Assembly (NCBI GenBank): GCA_965203905.1
Contig: CBDBDQ010000005.1
Span: 2,656,001-2,720,000 of the forward strand
DNA from: Spirochaetia bacterium
GTDB lineage: Bacteria; Spirochaetota; Spirochaetia; SZUA-6; Bin103
Direction of reading: 5' to 3'
Length of the DNA stretch: 64,000 nt
The position numbers were made by a program, and so were the translations under genes. This document shows, piece by piece, positions 30,143-39,691 of the stretch. The notes beneath the pieces are model-generated. The model did no database searches. It saw only the letters and a list, made by a program, of their open reading frames with translations, and had not been told where the DNA came from. Every line of letters starts with the position of its first letter. Position 1 is the first letter of the stretch.

Positions 30143-30277
30143 CGGTGCTCCTTACCCGGGCGGCGTCGCGGCACCGCACGCGGCCGTGGTTCAGCTATCA
30201 ATATATGGATCGGCCCCGGCGAATCCAAACTTGGGGCCTTATGTACGGCCGGGCGGGTGGCGGTACAGTATGCAGCC

Positions 30278-31168
30278 ATGTCCGGTTACCAAGCCCTGCG
30301 CCGGCGTACCTACGAAGTGCTGGAGAAGGCCGGCGACGACGATCGGCTGTCCGCCGTGGTCGACATCGTCCTGATCGTAGTGATCGTGGCCAACATGGCG
30401 GCGGTGGTGCTGGAGTCGTTCGACGGGCTCTACGACCGCTTCAAGGCCTGGTTCTACCTGCTGGAGGTGGTGTCGGTGGCCCTGTTCACCGTCGAGCTGC
30501 TGCTGCGCCTGTGGACCTGCGACTTCCTGCGCCCGCAGAGCTCCCGCGTGGGGGCGGTGGGGCGGTTCCTGGTGTCCCCCATCGGCATCATCGACCTGCT
30601 GGCGATTCTCCCGTTCTACCTGCCGTTCCTGATTCCAGTGGATCTGCGGGTGGTGCGGGTCCTGCGTCTGGTGCGCTTCCTGCGGCTGCTCAAGCTGACC
30701 CGCTACACCCGCTCGGTGATGACCATGGGGACGGTGGTGCGCGAGCGCCGCCACGAGCTGCTGGTGGCGGTGTTCCTCACCGCACTGCTGCTGATGGTGG
30801 CATCGACCCTGATGTACTACCTGGAGTCGCAGGTGCAGCCGGAGGCGTTTCCCAACATCCTCGCCTCGATGTGGTGGGCGGTGGCCACGCTCACCACCAT
30901 CGGTTACGGCGACGTGTTCCCGGTGACCGACTGGGGCCGGCTGCTGAGCGGCATCATCGCCATCCTGGGGATCGGCCTGGTGGCGCTTCCCACCGCCATC
31001 ATCAGCTCCGGCTTCGTGGAAGCGTTGGCCCGCACCAAGGGCGAGGGAGGGGGCCCGGACACCGCGGGCGAACGCGGGGCGCCGGATCCGGCACCGCAGC
31101 ACACGGGGGGCGGGGCGGTGTGCCCGCACTGCGGGAAGCCGCTGGACGAGGCGCCGGCGAAGGGCTGA
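30278..31168 (+). CDS. Voltage-gated-type potassium channel
   Basis: S4 RVVRVLRLVRFLRLLK; filter TTIGYGD; C-terminal CPHC. Confidence 0.92.
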   Translation: MSGYQALRRRTYEVLEKAGDDDRLSAVVDIVLIVVIVANMAAVVLESFDGLYDRFKAWFYLLEVVSVALFTVELLLRLWTCDFLRPQSSRVGAVGRFLVSPIGIIDLLAILPFYLPFLIPVDLRVVRVLRLVRFLRLLKLTRYTRSVMTMGTVVRERRHELLVAVFLTALLLMVASTLMYYLESQVQPEAFPNILASMWWAVATLTTIGYGDVFPVTDWGRLLSGIIAILGIGLVALPTAIISSGFVEALARTKGEGGGPDTAGERGAPDPAPQHTGGGAVCPHCGKPLDEAPAKG

Positions 31169-31210
31169 CCGGGTGCTGCGGACCTGCGCGCGGGCTCCCG
31201 CTCTCCCGGC

Positions 31211-32275
31211 TCAGCGGATCTTGATCAGGGCGACGATGAACACCATGGTGATCATCACCTGCAGCAGGATGAAGCGCACCAGCACCTGGGTGTTGGACCA
31301 GCCGGCTCGGTGGCGCAGGTGGTCGTGCAGCGGGAAGCGCACGTTGTGCAGGATGCTGATGTTGAAGAAGCGCAGCAGGGCGACCTTGAGCAGCCCGGTG
31401 CCGCCGTTCACCAGCAGCACGCCGGACACGATCAGCAGCATGAAGGGGTTGCCGCTCTTGATCACCAGGATGCCGAGCAGGAGCCCGACCGCGCGCGAGC
31501 CGGCGTCCCCCATCAGCATCTCGCTGGGGTGGGCGTTGTACCACAGGTAGCCGGTCAGGCAACCGATCATGGCGAAGGCGCTGATCGCCCAGGTGGCGCC
31601 GTCGGGGTAGTGGGGGAGCAGCAGGTAGGCGGAGATCTCGTCGTGCCCGAGCACGAAGTAGAGCAGGCCGCCGAGGGTGGTGAGGGCCACCACCGCCAGG
31701 CTGCCGGAGAGCCCGTCCACGCCGTCGGTGCAGTTGGTGGCGTTGATCGCCATCCAGATCAGCGCGGTCGCCCCCGCCACGCACACCCAGCGCGGCAGCA
31801 GCAGCGGGTCCTTCACGAACGGCAGCCAGATCTCGGTGCCGGCGCCGCACAGCGCCAGCGCGCTCAGCAGCGCCAGGCCGAAGTCGATGGCCGCCAGCCA
31901 GTACTCGGACAGCTCGGTGCGGTCGTCGAGGAAGCCCCCCACCATGGCCAGGAGCACCACGCCGAGGGCGCCGAGATGGCCCACGTCCCAGGGCACCATG
32001 ATCAGCGCCACGCCGGCGTAGACCAGCACGAACACCAGGCCGGCGCTGGTCGGCTTGCCGACCGCGGCCTCGGTGTCCACGGCGTAGGCACGGCCCCGGT
32101 CGCGCGGCAGACGGTCTTTCAGGGAGGGGAGCAGAATCCACGTCAGCAGGCCCGACAACACGATGGCACCACCGGCCAGGAAGATGTGGGAGGTGAGGAG
32201 GCGGAACGGGCCGTACAGGGGTTGCAGGACCTCGCCGAGGAGGAAGAGCACGTGTCCGGAAACGTAGCCGGGCAT
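31211..32275 (-). CDS. mraY: Phospho-N-acetylmuramoyl-pentapeptide transferase
   Basis: GKPT, FLDD, NCTDGVDGL, MGDAGS, PLHDH. Confidence 0.8.
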   Translation of the reverse strand: MPGYVSGHVLFLLGEVLQPLYGPFRLLTSHIFLAGGAIVLSGLLTWILLPSLKDRLPRDRGRAYAVDTEAAVGKPTSAGLVFVLVYAGVALIMVPWDVGHLGALGVVLLAMVGGFLDDRTELSEYWLAAIDFGLALLSALALCGAGTEIWLPFVKDPLLLPRWVCVAGATALIWMAINATNCTDGVDGLSGSLAVVALTTLGGLLYFVLGHDEISAYLLLPHYPDGATWAISAFAMIGCLTGYLWYNAHPSEMLMGDAGSRAVGLLLGILVIKSGNPFMLLIVSGVLLVNGGTGLLKVALLRFFNISILHNVRFPLHDHLRHRAGWSNTQVLVRFILLQVMITMVFIVALIKIR

Positions 32276-32433
32276 GCGCCGGTGGTCAAGAAAGCCCGGC
32301 GCCCGCGGCGCCGCCAGCGGGCGTCCGGTGACGCGGTGGTGACGCGATCCGGCTACTTCCGAAAACCCCGCAAAAGGCGTAGGCTGCTGGTCTCGGTGCC
32401 GGACCTGGACCGGGCGCGCACCGCAGGAGGGGT

Positions 32434-33909
32434 ATGGGCGAGCACATCAGTCACAACTGCGGCCTCTGCGTGACCCATACGCTGCACGACGCCTACTCGT
32501 TCATCAAGACGCTGCAACATCGCGGCCGCGACGCGGTCGGGATCGCCGGTATCGGCCCCCGGAGCATCGACGCCGTGAAGTGGATCGGCACGGTGGAGAC
32601 GGTGGACCTGGTCGACCTGCACAAGATCATGCCCAGCTCCGGCTACCATACCTTCCTGGCCCACGTTCGCTACGCCACCAAGGGCAGCAAGCGCAGCCTG
32701 CTGGCGGATGCCCACCCCCACGTGATCGGCGGCCACACCACCGACAACGGCAGCCACGTCATCTCCACCGGATGCGACGCGGTAGCGGTGCACAACGGCC
32801 ACGTCGAGGACCGCTTCCTGGAGGGGTTCGACACTGGTTCCGGCAACGGGAGCGCGGGTAGCTGCGATACGGAACGACTGCTGCGATTGTATTGGGAGCG
32901 GGGTGAGCAGGAGTTGATGGAGGGCGTGCCCGGCGCCTACACGATGGCTCTCGCCGACCGCCGGCGGAAAGACGTGCTGGTGCTGCGCGATCGCACCGGC
33001 ATCCGCCCCGGCGTGCTCGGCATCAAGGACGGCAAGCACGTGGTGGTGTCCGAGGACATCGCGCTGCGCAAGAACGGCGGCGACTTCCTGGAGGACCTCG
33101 ACCCCGGCGCGGTCTATTTCCTGGACCCGGACGGCGACTACCGGAAGCGGCAGCTGGCGCCGCCGGCGCTGGCGCATTGCTTCTTCGAGTGGAACTACTT
33201 CGCCGACCGCGATTCCATCGTCGAAGGGCTCTACGTCAAGAAGCTGCGGCGCGCCCTGGGCGAGATGCTGGCGGAAGAGCTGGACCTGGAGCGGGTCGAC
33301 TTCGTCAGCTACTTCCCGCGCGCTCCCGAGGATGCGGCACGCGGTCTGGCGCGGGTGTCCGGCAAGCCGTTTCAGCCGCTGTTCTACAAGCTGCGCGGCG
33401 AGCGGGCGTTCCAGGGTCCCACTCCGGACGAGCGTTCGCAGTCGATCTCACAGAACATCTACCTGATTCCCGGCGTGGTCAGCGGCGTACGCGGCCGTTC
33501 GGTGCTGGTGGTGGAGGATTCCATCGTCCGCGGCACCAACATCCACCGCGAGCGGGCGCTGCTGGAGGAGGTCGGCCTGAGCGACGGCTATCATGCCCTG
33601 TACACGCCGCCGATCGGGATCATCGGCGACGACGGGGTGCCGCGGGGCTGTCGCTTCGGTATCGACATGCCGCCCAACGATACCTTCTTCGCCCGCGACC
33701 GCAGCATGGAGCAGATGCGTGAAGCCGTGGGAGCGCAGGTGGTCTACCTCACCAAGGAAGGGATGCTCAAGGTGTACGACCGCCTCGGGATCGCGCCCGA
33801 GAACCTGTGCACCTACTGCATCGGCGGTCCCTATCCCTATGCCAAGGCGGGGTTTCCGGATACGACCCAGGAGCCCGCCGTGGAGCGCGCGGCGGCGGCG
33901 GAGTGCTGA
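32434..33909 (+). CDS. purF: Amidophosphoribosyltransferase (Fe-S type, divergent)
   Basis: N-terminal CG, LQHRG, HVRYAT, HNG, EDSIVRGT; four Cys ligands (CFFE, CRFGID, CTYC). Confidence 0.8.
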   Translation: MGEHISHNCGLCVTHTLHDAYSFIKTLQHRGRDAVGIAGIGPRSIDAVKWIGTVETVDLVDLHKIMPSSGYHTFLAHVRYATKGSKRSLLADAHPHVIGGHTTDNGSHVISTGCDAVAVHNGHVEDRFLEGFDTGSGNGSAGSCDTERLLRLYWERGEQELMEGVPGAYTMALADRRRKDVLVLRDRTGIRPGVLGIKDGKHVVVSEDIALRKNGGDFLEDLDPGAVYFLDPDGDYRKRQLAPPALAHCFFEWNYFADRDSIVEGLYVKKLRRALGEMLAEELDLERVDFVSYFPRAPEDAARGLARVSGKPFQPLFYKLRGERAFQGPTPDERSQSISQNIYLIPGVVSGVRGRSVLVVEDSIVRGTNIHRERALLEEVGLSDGYHALYTPPIGIIGDDGVPRGCRFGIDMPPNDTFFARDRSMEQMREAVGAQVVYLTKEGMLKVYDRLGIAPENLCTYCIGGPYPYAKAGFPDTTQEPAVERAAAAEC

Positions 33910-34026
33910 GCCCAGGCTCGGTCCGGTGACCGCCGCTCGGTACCTGCCGCAAGACGACAGGCACCGAGCTCCGGCGGGAACTCAGCGCCGGCGCACAGGT
34001 GCGCCGGCCGGTAGGGCGGTCTGCCC

Positions 34027-35064
34027 CTAACGCCAGCCTACCTGATCGAAGATCTTCACTGCGGCGGTGTTGTTCTCGCCCAGCAGGTGCAGGCCGAGCG
34101 TATCGGCCTTGAGCTCGCCCCACGACTGCAGCAGCGGTGCCGGCCGCACGTTGCGGTTCACCGGGTACTCGTAGTTGGCATGCGCCCATTTCCGTTGCGC
34201 CGTCTCGCCGGCGAGGAACTCCAGCAGGCTGAGAGCTCCGGCCGGATTCTTCGAGCTCGCGGTGATGCCGGCGCCGCTCACGTTGACGTGGGCGCCGCGG
34301 TCGCCCTGGTTGGGCAGGAACACCCGTACCTGCTCTCCCACCGCGCGTTGCTCGGCGTCGGAGGAATTCAGCATGAGCCCGACGTAGTAGGTGTTGACCA
34401 CGGCGATGTCCCCCTCGCCGGCCGCCACCGCCGACATCTGGCCGCGGTCGTTGCCCTTCGGGGTACGCGCCATGTTGGCGACGATTCCGGCGGCCCACTC
34501 GCTGGCCCCGCTCTCGCCGTGGTTGGCGATCATCGATGCCAGCAGCGACTGGTTGTAGATGTTGGAGGAGGAGCGGATCAGGATGCGGCCGCGCCACTTG
34601 GGATCGGTGAGCGCCTCGTAGGTGCTCAACTCGCTCGGATCGACGCGGTCGGGGTGATAGACGATGACGCGCGCCCTGCGGGTCAGCGCGAACCAGTAGC
34701 CTTCGGGATCGCGCAGGTTCTCGGGAACCAGGTCGTTCAGCACCGGTGACGTAGCCGGCTGCAGCAGACCCGCTTCCTTGGCGCGGTGCAGGCGTCCGGC
34801 GTCCACGGTCATCAGGATGTCGGCCGGAGACTCCGCGCCCTCGCGCATCAGCCGCTCGATCAGCTCGTCGGAGCCACCCTCGATCAGGTTCACCTTGATC
34901 CCGGTCTGCTCCTCGAAGCTCCGGTAGAGCTCCAGATCCACGTCGTAGTGACGATGCGAGTAGACGTTGACCTCGCCCTCGCTCGCGGGCGCGGCGACCA
35001 CGCCGCTCACCGGCCCGAGCAGTGCCGCCGCCACCAGCAGCGGCAGCCAAATGCCATACCTCAT
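34027..35064 (-). CDS. Fe3+ ABC transporter substrate-binding protein (FutA/FbpA-like)
   Basis: VYSHRHY, TVDAGRL, SNIYNQSL, VNTYY. Confidence 0.92.
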   Translation of the reverse strand: MRYGIWLPLLVAAALLGPVSGVVAAPASEGEVNVYSHRHYDVDLELYRSFEEQTGIKVNLIEGGSDELIERLMREGAESPADILMTVDAGRLHRAKEAGLLQPATSPVLNDLVPENLRDPEGYWFALTRRARVIVYHPDRVDPSELSTYEALTDPKWRGRILIRSSSNIYNQSLLASMIANHGESGASEWAAGIVANMARTPKGNDRGQMSAVAAGEGDIAVVNTYYVGLMLNSSDAEQRAVGEQVRVFLPNQGDRGAHVNVSGAGITASSKNPAGALSLLEFLAGETAQRKWAHANYEYPVNRNVRPAPLLQSWGELKADTLGLHLLGENNTAAVKIFDQVGWR

Positions 35065-35106
35065 GGAGGCACCTCCCTTAAGGAAGTTAATTTAGTGGCA
35101 TTAACA

Positions 35107-35120
35107 TTAAGTAGCCTTAA
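35107..35120. promoter_or_regulatory. Palindromic operator candidate (DtxR/TroR-like metal box)
   Basis: TTAAG-TAGC-CTTAA ~45 bp upstream of the Fe3+ binding protein start; regulator identity is inference. Confidence 0.4.
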
Positions 35121-35360
35121 CCAACAGGTCAAGCGCAACGTCGGGTTTTCTTGCGCGGTGTGGGCGGCGCCTCAGGTACCTTCGCTTATGATGTTGACGT
35201 AGCGGTCGTATGCGAACAGGCGGTTGCGCCTTCTCCCCGTCAGCTCGCGCACGACTCCGACGCGTTCGAGGGTGCGCATGGCGTTGGCCGCGGCCGGAAA
35301 CGACAGTCCGGCCTGCGCGGCCGCATCCGGCACCGATCTGACAGGGCGTTCTTTCAGAGC
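35117..35360 (-). pseudogene. Copy of Fic gene 3' end and downstream DNA (37385-37627)
   Basis: ALKERPVRS...YVNIISEGT* duplicated with few substitutions. Confidence 0.9.
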
Positions 35361-35548
35361 CTTGGTAGACGCGGTCTCTCCGACTTGCGGGCTGAGGTCG
35401 TCTCGCCGATTGCCGGGCAGGTTTCTTGACGTTACCCTTAGTTGGAATAGTAGCAACCATAGCCGTGGAGAACGGAGGATGCTCATGGTGGCTGCTAGTC
35501 CGGCCGGCCTGCCGTGGCACGGGTAACCGATTCCGGTCGAATGAGAAC

Positions 35549-36760
35549 ATGGTAGCACGAGCTGAGAACATCAACCCCGCGATCCTGACGTGGGCTCGGG
35601 AAACGGCCGGCCTGTCGCTTGAGGAGGCGGCCGCGCGGCTTGGGCTCGCTACTGGTGCTCGAAGTACTTCGACGCAAAAACTCGAAGCGTTCGAGCGTGG
35701 CGAGTCTAAGCCTACCCGCAACCAACTACTCAAGATTTCGGCGGCTTATCGTCGCCCCCTGACTGCGTTTTATCGAGCAGCTCCTCCTGTGAGGGGTAGT
35801 CGCGGCGAAGATTTTCGGACCGTGGTCGGAGCGAGGCCCAAGAACGAAGCGCTGCTTGATGCCCTTCTCCGTGATATCCGCGCGCGCCAGGATATGGTGC
35901 GCTCCATCCTCGAAGATGACGAAGATGTCGAGCAACTCGCGTTCGTCGGTTCGATGCCGATTGACCTGCGTGCGATAGATGCAGCACAAACCATCCGGAT
36001 GGCGCTTGGCATCGACGAAGACCCTACCATGCGGGTTATACTGGGGAGGTCATCCGACAGGATCTTCGCCACTCTCAGAGACCGAGTGGAAGCTCTTGGT
36101 GTTTTCGTGCTCCTCATTGGGAACCTCGGATCATATCACACGAATATCGACGAGAACGTATTTCGAGGTTTCGCGATTGCCGACGAAATCGCGCCATTCA
36201 TCGTGATCAATGAGCAGGACGCAACCACTGCGCAGTCATTCACTCTGCTACATGAGCTTGTGCATGTCTTCACGGGATCCACCGGTGTAAGCGACGCTCC
36301 ATCCACCGCTACGCCGCGTACGCGCTTGGCGCGAGTAGAGAGATTCTGCAATGACGTGGCTAGCGAGGTACTCCTGCCACAGGAGTCTCTGGCTACAGTA
36401 GCCGGACTAGATGACTTGAACACCGCCTTCAGTGCGATCGGCGAAGTCGCCGTACAACGTAGCGTCAGCGAAGCCATGGTTGCCTACCGGTATTGGCGGG
36501 CTGGTATACTGGACGATGTCATCTATCGACAACTCGCAACGAACTATGCCGCCCGGTGGCGGGCTGCGCGAGCACGTCGCCGCGAACTGAATCAAGAAGG
36601 ATCTGGACCAACCTACTACGCCGTTCGAAAGCACCGTCTCGGCAATTCACTGATCAGCCTCATCCGACGCACCCTGCGAGCGGACGAGTTGACGCACACC
36701 AAGGCCGCCCAGGTGCTTGGCGTGAAGTCGAGCAGCGTCGAGCCGCTATTGAAAGCGTGA
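35549..36760 (+). CDS. XRE HTH + ImmA/IrrE (M78) metallopeptidase (RmrA-like)
   Basis: INPAILTWARE HTH; RGF...FTLLHELVH...ERFCN. Confidence 0.9.
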   Translation: MVARAENINPAILTWARETAGLSLEEAAARLGLATGARSTSTQKLEAFERGESKPTRNQLLKISAAYRRPLTAFYRAAPPVRGSRGEDFRTVVGARPKNEALLDALLRDIRARQDMVRSILEDDEDVEQLAFVGSMPIDLRAIDAAQTIRMALGIDEDPTMRVILGRSSDRIFATLRDRVEALGVFVLLIGNLGSYHTNIDENVFRGFAIADEIAPFIVINEQDATTAQSFTLLHELVHVFTGSTGVSDAPSTATPRTRLARVERFCNDVASEVLLPQESLATVAGLDDLNTAFSAIGEVAVQRSVSEAMVAYRYWRAGILDDVIYRQLATNYAARWRAARARRRELNQEGSGPTYYAVRKHRLGNSLISLIRRTLRADELTHTKAAQVLGVKSSSVEPLLKA

Positions 36761-36793
36761 TTCCCAACGCGAGTTCCTGAATCGGTTTAGGAC

Positions 36794-37279
36794 GTGCTTT
36801 ACCTGCTTGACGCCAATGTCCTGATTCGGGCCCATGAGGACTACTATCCGCTCGACCGCATTCGTCCATTCTGGGATTGGCTGCTATCCGAAGCCTCCGC
36901 GGGCCATGTGAAGATGCCGTTCGAAATCCACGATGAAATCGCAACCGCGCACGGTCCATTGAAGGACTGGATTACGAAGTCCGAAGTCAAGTCAGTGCTT
37001 GTTTTGGAGGAAGAGGTTGATCAAGCTGTATTCAACCATGTCCTTGATACCGCATACGCACACGACTTGACCGATGACGAACTGGAAGAAGCCGGCAGGG
37101 ATCCGTTCCTTGTAGCGTATGGTCTAATGGGGAAGAATCGCACTATTGTTACGAAGGAAATCAGTAAACCGACAAAGATCCGTGGGCGTCGTAAACTGCC
37201 GGACGCCTGTGATGTCATGAACATTCCCTGGGTAACCGACTTCCAATTCTATCGCGCCCGAAATTTCCACATCTCATGA
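36794..37279 (+). CDS. DUF4411 PIN-like protein (RmrT-like toxin)
   Basis: YLLDANVLI...YY...FWDWL...DPFLVA...VTKE...KLPDAC. Confidence 0.88.
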   Translation: MLYLLDANVLIRAHEDYYPLDRIRPFWDWLLSEASAGHVKMPFEIHDEIATAHGPLKDWITKSEVKSVLVLEEEVDQAVFNHVLDTAYAHDLTDDELEEAGRDPFLVAYGLMGKNRTIVTKEISKPTKIRGRRKLPDACDVMNIPWVTDFQFYRARNFHIS

Positions 37280-37438
37280 GCATGTAGTATCTCGGATTCG
37301 TGAACTATGCTTGCTTACCACGATGACCACAATGTATGGCGCTAACTACCGGTCCCCAAGCGCGCACATTAACCTTAAGTTACATTAACCAACAGGTCAA
37401 GCGCAATATCGGGTTTCGTGCGCGGTGTGGGCGGCCCC

Positions 37439-38500
37439 TCAGGTGCCTTCGCTGATGATGTTGACGTAGCGGTCGTATGCGAACAGGCGGTTGCGCCTTC
37501 TCCCGGTAAGTTCGCGCGCGACCCCGGCGCGTTCGAGGGTGCGCATGGCGTTGGCCGCGGCCGGAAACGAGAGCCCGGCGTGCGCGGCCGCGTCCGGCAC
37601 CGATCTGACAGGGCGTTCCTTCAGGGCTTCGTGCACCCGCAGTGCCGAACCGGCCGCGCGTCCCTGCCGCTGGATTCGCGCTTGATCCTGCTGAAACAGC
37701 TCCTGGAGGCGCTGCGCGGTGGACACTGCCGCCGCCGCAGTCTGCGCCACGCCGTCAAGAAAGAACGTCAGCCACGCTTCCCAGTCCCCATTGCGCCGCA
37801 CCGTATCGAGCAACTCGTAGTAGCGTTGGCGGCGCTGCTTGAAGTAGAGACTCAGATAGAGCAGGGGTTTGTCCAGCACGTCGTAGTGGTAGAGCAGCAA
37901 GGTGATCAGCAGCCGTCCGACGCGGCCGTTGCACTGGACGTGCGCGAGCCCGGCGCGCAGCAAGGCCGACATCCCAGGGACCGACGCATGCAAGAAGCGC
38001 TCCAGATCCGACATGCAGTCTGCCACTTCCTGCGGCGGCGGCGGCACGAAGGTCGCGTTACCTGGACGGGTGCCACCGAGCCGGCGATGGACCTCGCGCA
38101 GCAGCCGATTCGACAGAGGGAACCCCGCATCGAGCCGCTCGAGGCCATGCTCCAGTGCGGCAACGTAGTTCGACACCTCGATCACGTCGTCGGTGGGTAC
38201 GCCGGGCCGCTCCGGCAACTCGAACAGGAGAAGCTCCTGAATGGAGGACTGCGTGCCCTCAATCTGCGAGGAGAGCAGTGCCTCCTTTCTGACGTAGGTG
38301 TAGAGAAACCACAGCGGCGCCGGCAGCAGCGTCGAGATTCCCTCCAGCCGCCCGAGCGCCAACTGTGCCTGTTCCAGCGGCCCGAGCAACGTCGCCAGGT
38401 CCAGCGCCGGAACCGGCGGCAGCGGCGCCGGCACGAACGCCCGTACCTGCTCTCCGCCGCCAGACGTGATTACATACCGTCCCGTCTCGCCGCGTCTCAT
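37439..38500 (-). CDS. Fic family protein lacking the catalytic HPFxDG motif
   Basis: EALLSSQIEGT Fic_N motif; AHVQ-C-NGRVGR where AHVQFETIHPFxDGNGR is expected. Confidence 0.85.
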   Translation of the reverse strand: MRRGETGRYVITSGGGEQVRAFVPAPLPPVPALDLATLLGPLEQAQLALGRLEGISTLLPAPLWFLYTYVRKEALLSSQIEGTQSSIQELLLFELPERPGVPTDDVIEVSNYVAALEHGLERLDAGFPLSNRLLREVHRRLGGTRPGNATFVPPPPQEVADCMSDLERFLHASVPGMSALLRAGLAHVQCNGRVGRLLITLLLYHYDVLDKPLLYLSLYFKQRRQRYYELLDTVRRNGDWEAWLTFFLDGVAQTAAAAVSTAQRLQELFQQDQARIQRQGRAAGSALRVHEALKERPVRSVPDAAAHAGLSFPAAANAMRTLERAGVARELTGRRRNRLFAYDRYVNIISEGT

Positions 38501-38547
38501 GCGACCGCCAGCCTTTCCCAATTCAACATGTTTTCATTGCGTTGGAG

Positions 38548-38581
38548 GTTATTAAGGATCATAGCCGCATCATTTAATAAC
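38548..38581. promoter_or_regulatory. Inverted repeat upstream of Fic (operator candidate)
   Basis: GTTATTAA-N18-TTAATAAC. Confidence 0.4.
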
Positions 38582-38651
38582 GCTCAAGCGCAAGTGGTCA
38601 CTATCACGAGTCGTCGGTGATCGTCATAATTACTGTACTGAGGGTTCGCGA

Positions 38652-39560
38652 ATGACCCGGGAAGCCTTGCATCGGAAGCTGGACGAACTGAACGTCTGGA
38701 AGCGTGGCAATGAGCGCGCTCCCCACAAGCCCCTGTTGCTGCTCCTCGCCATGGGACGGGCGGTGCGCGGAGAGGATCGTCTCGTATCCTTCCGCGAGAT
38801 CGAAGCGCCGCTGACCGGCCTGCTGCGGCACTTCGGCCCGCCACGCCGTGCATACCACCCCGAGTTCCCGTTCCGGCATCTGGCGAGCGACGGGCTCTGG
38901 GAGGTACCGGAGGTCTCCTCCTGGAGCAAGAAGCACTTGCGGGATCGAGGCGTGAAGGGTGGCCTGCCGGAGCCGTTGTATCGGTTGCTGACGGCAGACC
39001 CCGTCAGTGCGCGGCTCGCCGCCCGCCGGCTGCTGAATGGACACTTCCCCGTTTCGATGCACCAGCACATCCTGGAGGTCGTAGGGTTGTGGGACGTCGA
39101 CGAGCCGGAGGCAGGGGCATCCCGGCGACTCCGACGCGACCCCAACTTTCGCGAGGCGGTGCTGACCGCCTACGAGCGGCGCTGCGCGGTCTGCGATTTC
39201 GATCTGCGCCTCAAGGATGACCTGCTGGGGCTGGAAGCCGCGCACATCCAGTGGCACTCCCACGGCGGTCCCGATCAGGTGGCCAACGGGCTGGCCCTGT
39301 GTACCTTCCACCATGGGGCGTTCGACCGTGGAGCGATCGGCTTGGACAAAGCCTCGGGCGGGACCGGTTACCGGCTCGTCGTATCGCGAGAGGTTCACGG
39401 AACGAGCCCGGCCGTACGCTGGCTCCTGGACTACCATGACAGCCCGATACGTCCGCCTCAGGAGGGGATCGGCGAACCCGGAGATCGGTATGTTGCATGG
39501 CACACCAAACAGGTGTTCCGCGCCCCGCCCCGCGGGTACGCCCGCACGTCAGCCTGCTGA
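38652..39560 (+). CDS. SBD-HNH phosphorothioate-DNA-dependent restriction endonuclease-like protein
   Basis: RAPHKPLLLL and FPFRHL (sulfur-binding domain); CAVC...EAAHI...NGLALC..HH..FDRG. Confidence 0.85.
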   Translation: MTREALHRKLDELNVWKRGNERAPHKPLLLLLAMGRAVRGEDRLVSFREIEAPLTGLLRHFGPPRRAYHPEFPFRHLASDGLWEVPEVSSWSKKHLRDRGVKGGLPEPLYRLLTADPVSARLAARRLLNGHFPVSMHQHILEVVGLWDVDEPEAGASRRLRRDPNFREAVLTAYERRCAVCDFDLRLKDDLLGLEAAHIQWHSHGGPDQVANGLALCTFHHGAFDRGAIGLDKASGGTGYRLVVSREVHGTSPAVRWLLDYHDSPIRPPQEGIGEPGDRYVAWHTKQVFRAPPRGYARTSAC

Positions 39561-39691
39561 TGAATTGCATGCAATATTCAAGTTGCAATGGAAAATTGCA
39601 CGCGATTGCTCCGGGTTGATGGCCGAACCCGGGGTAGCTTGTCGGTAGCACCGCCTCGTAGGACGGGCGCTCGAGGGGCGTTTGGTTGTCG

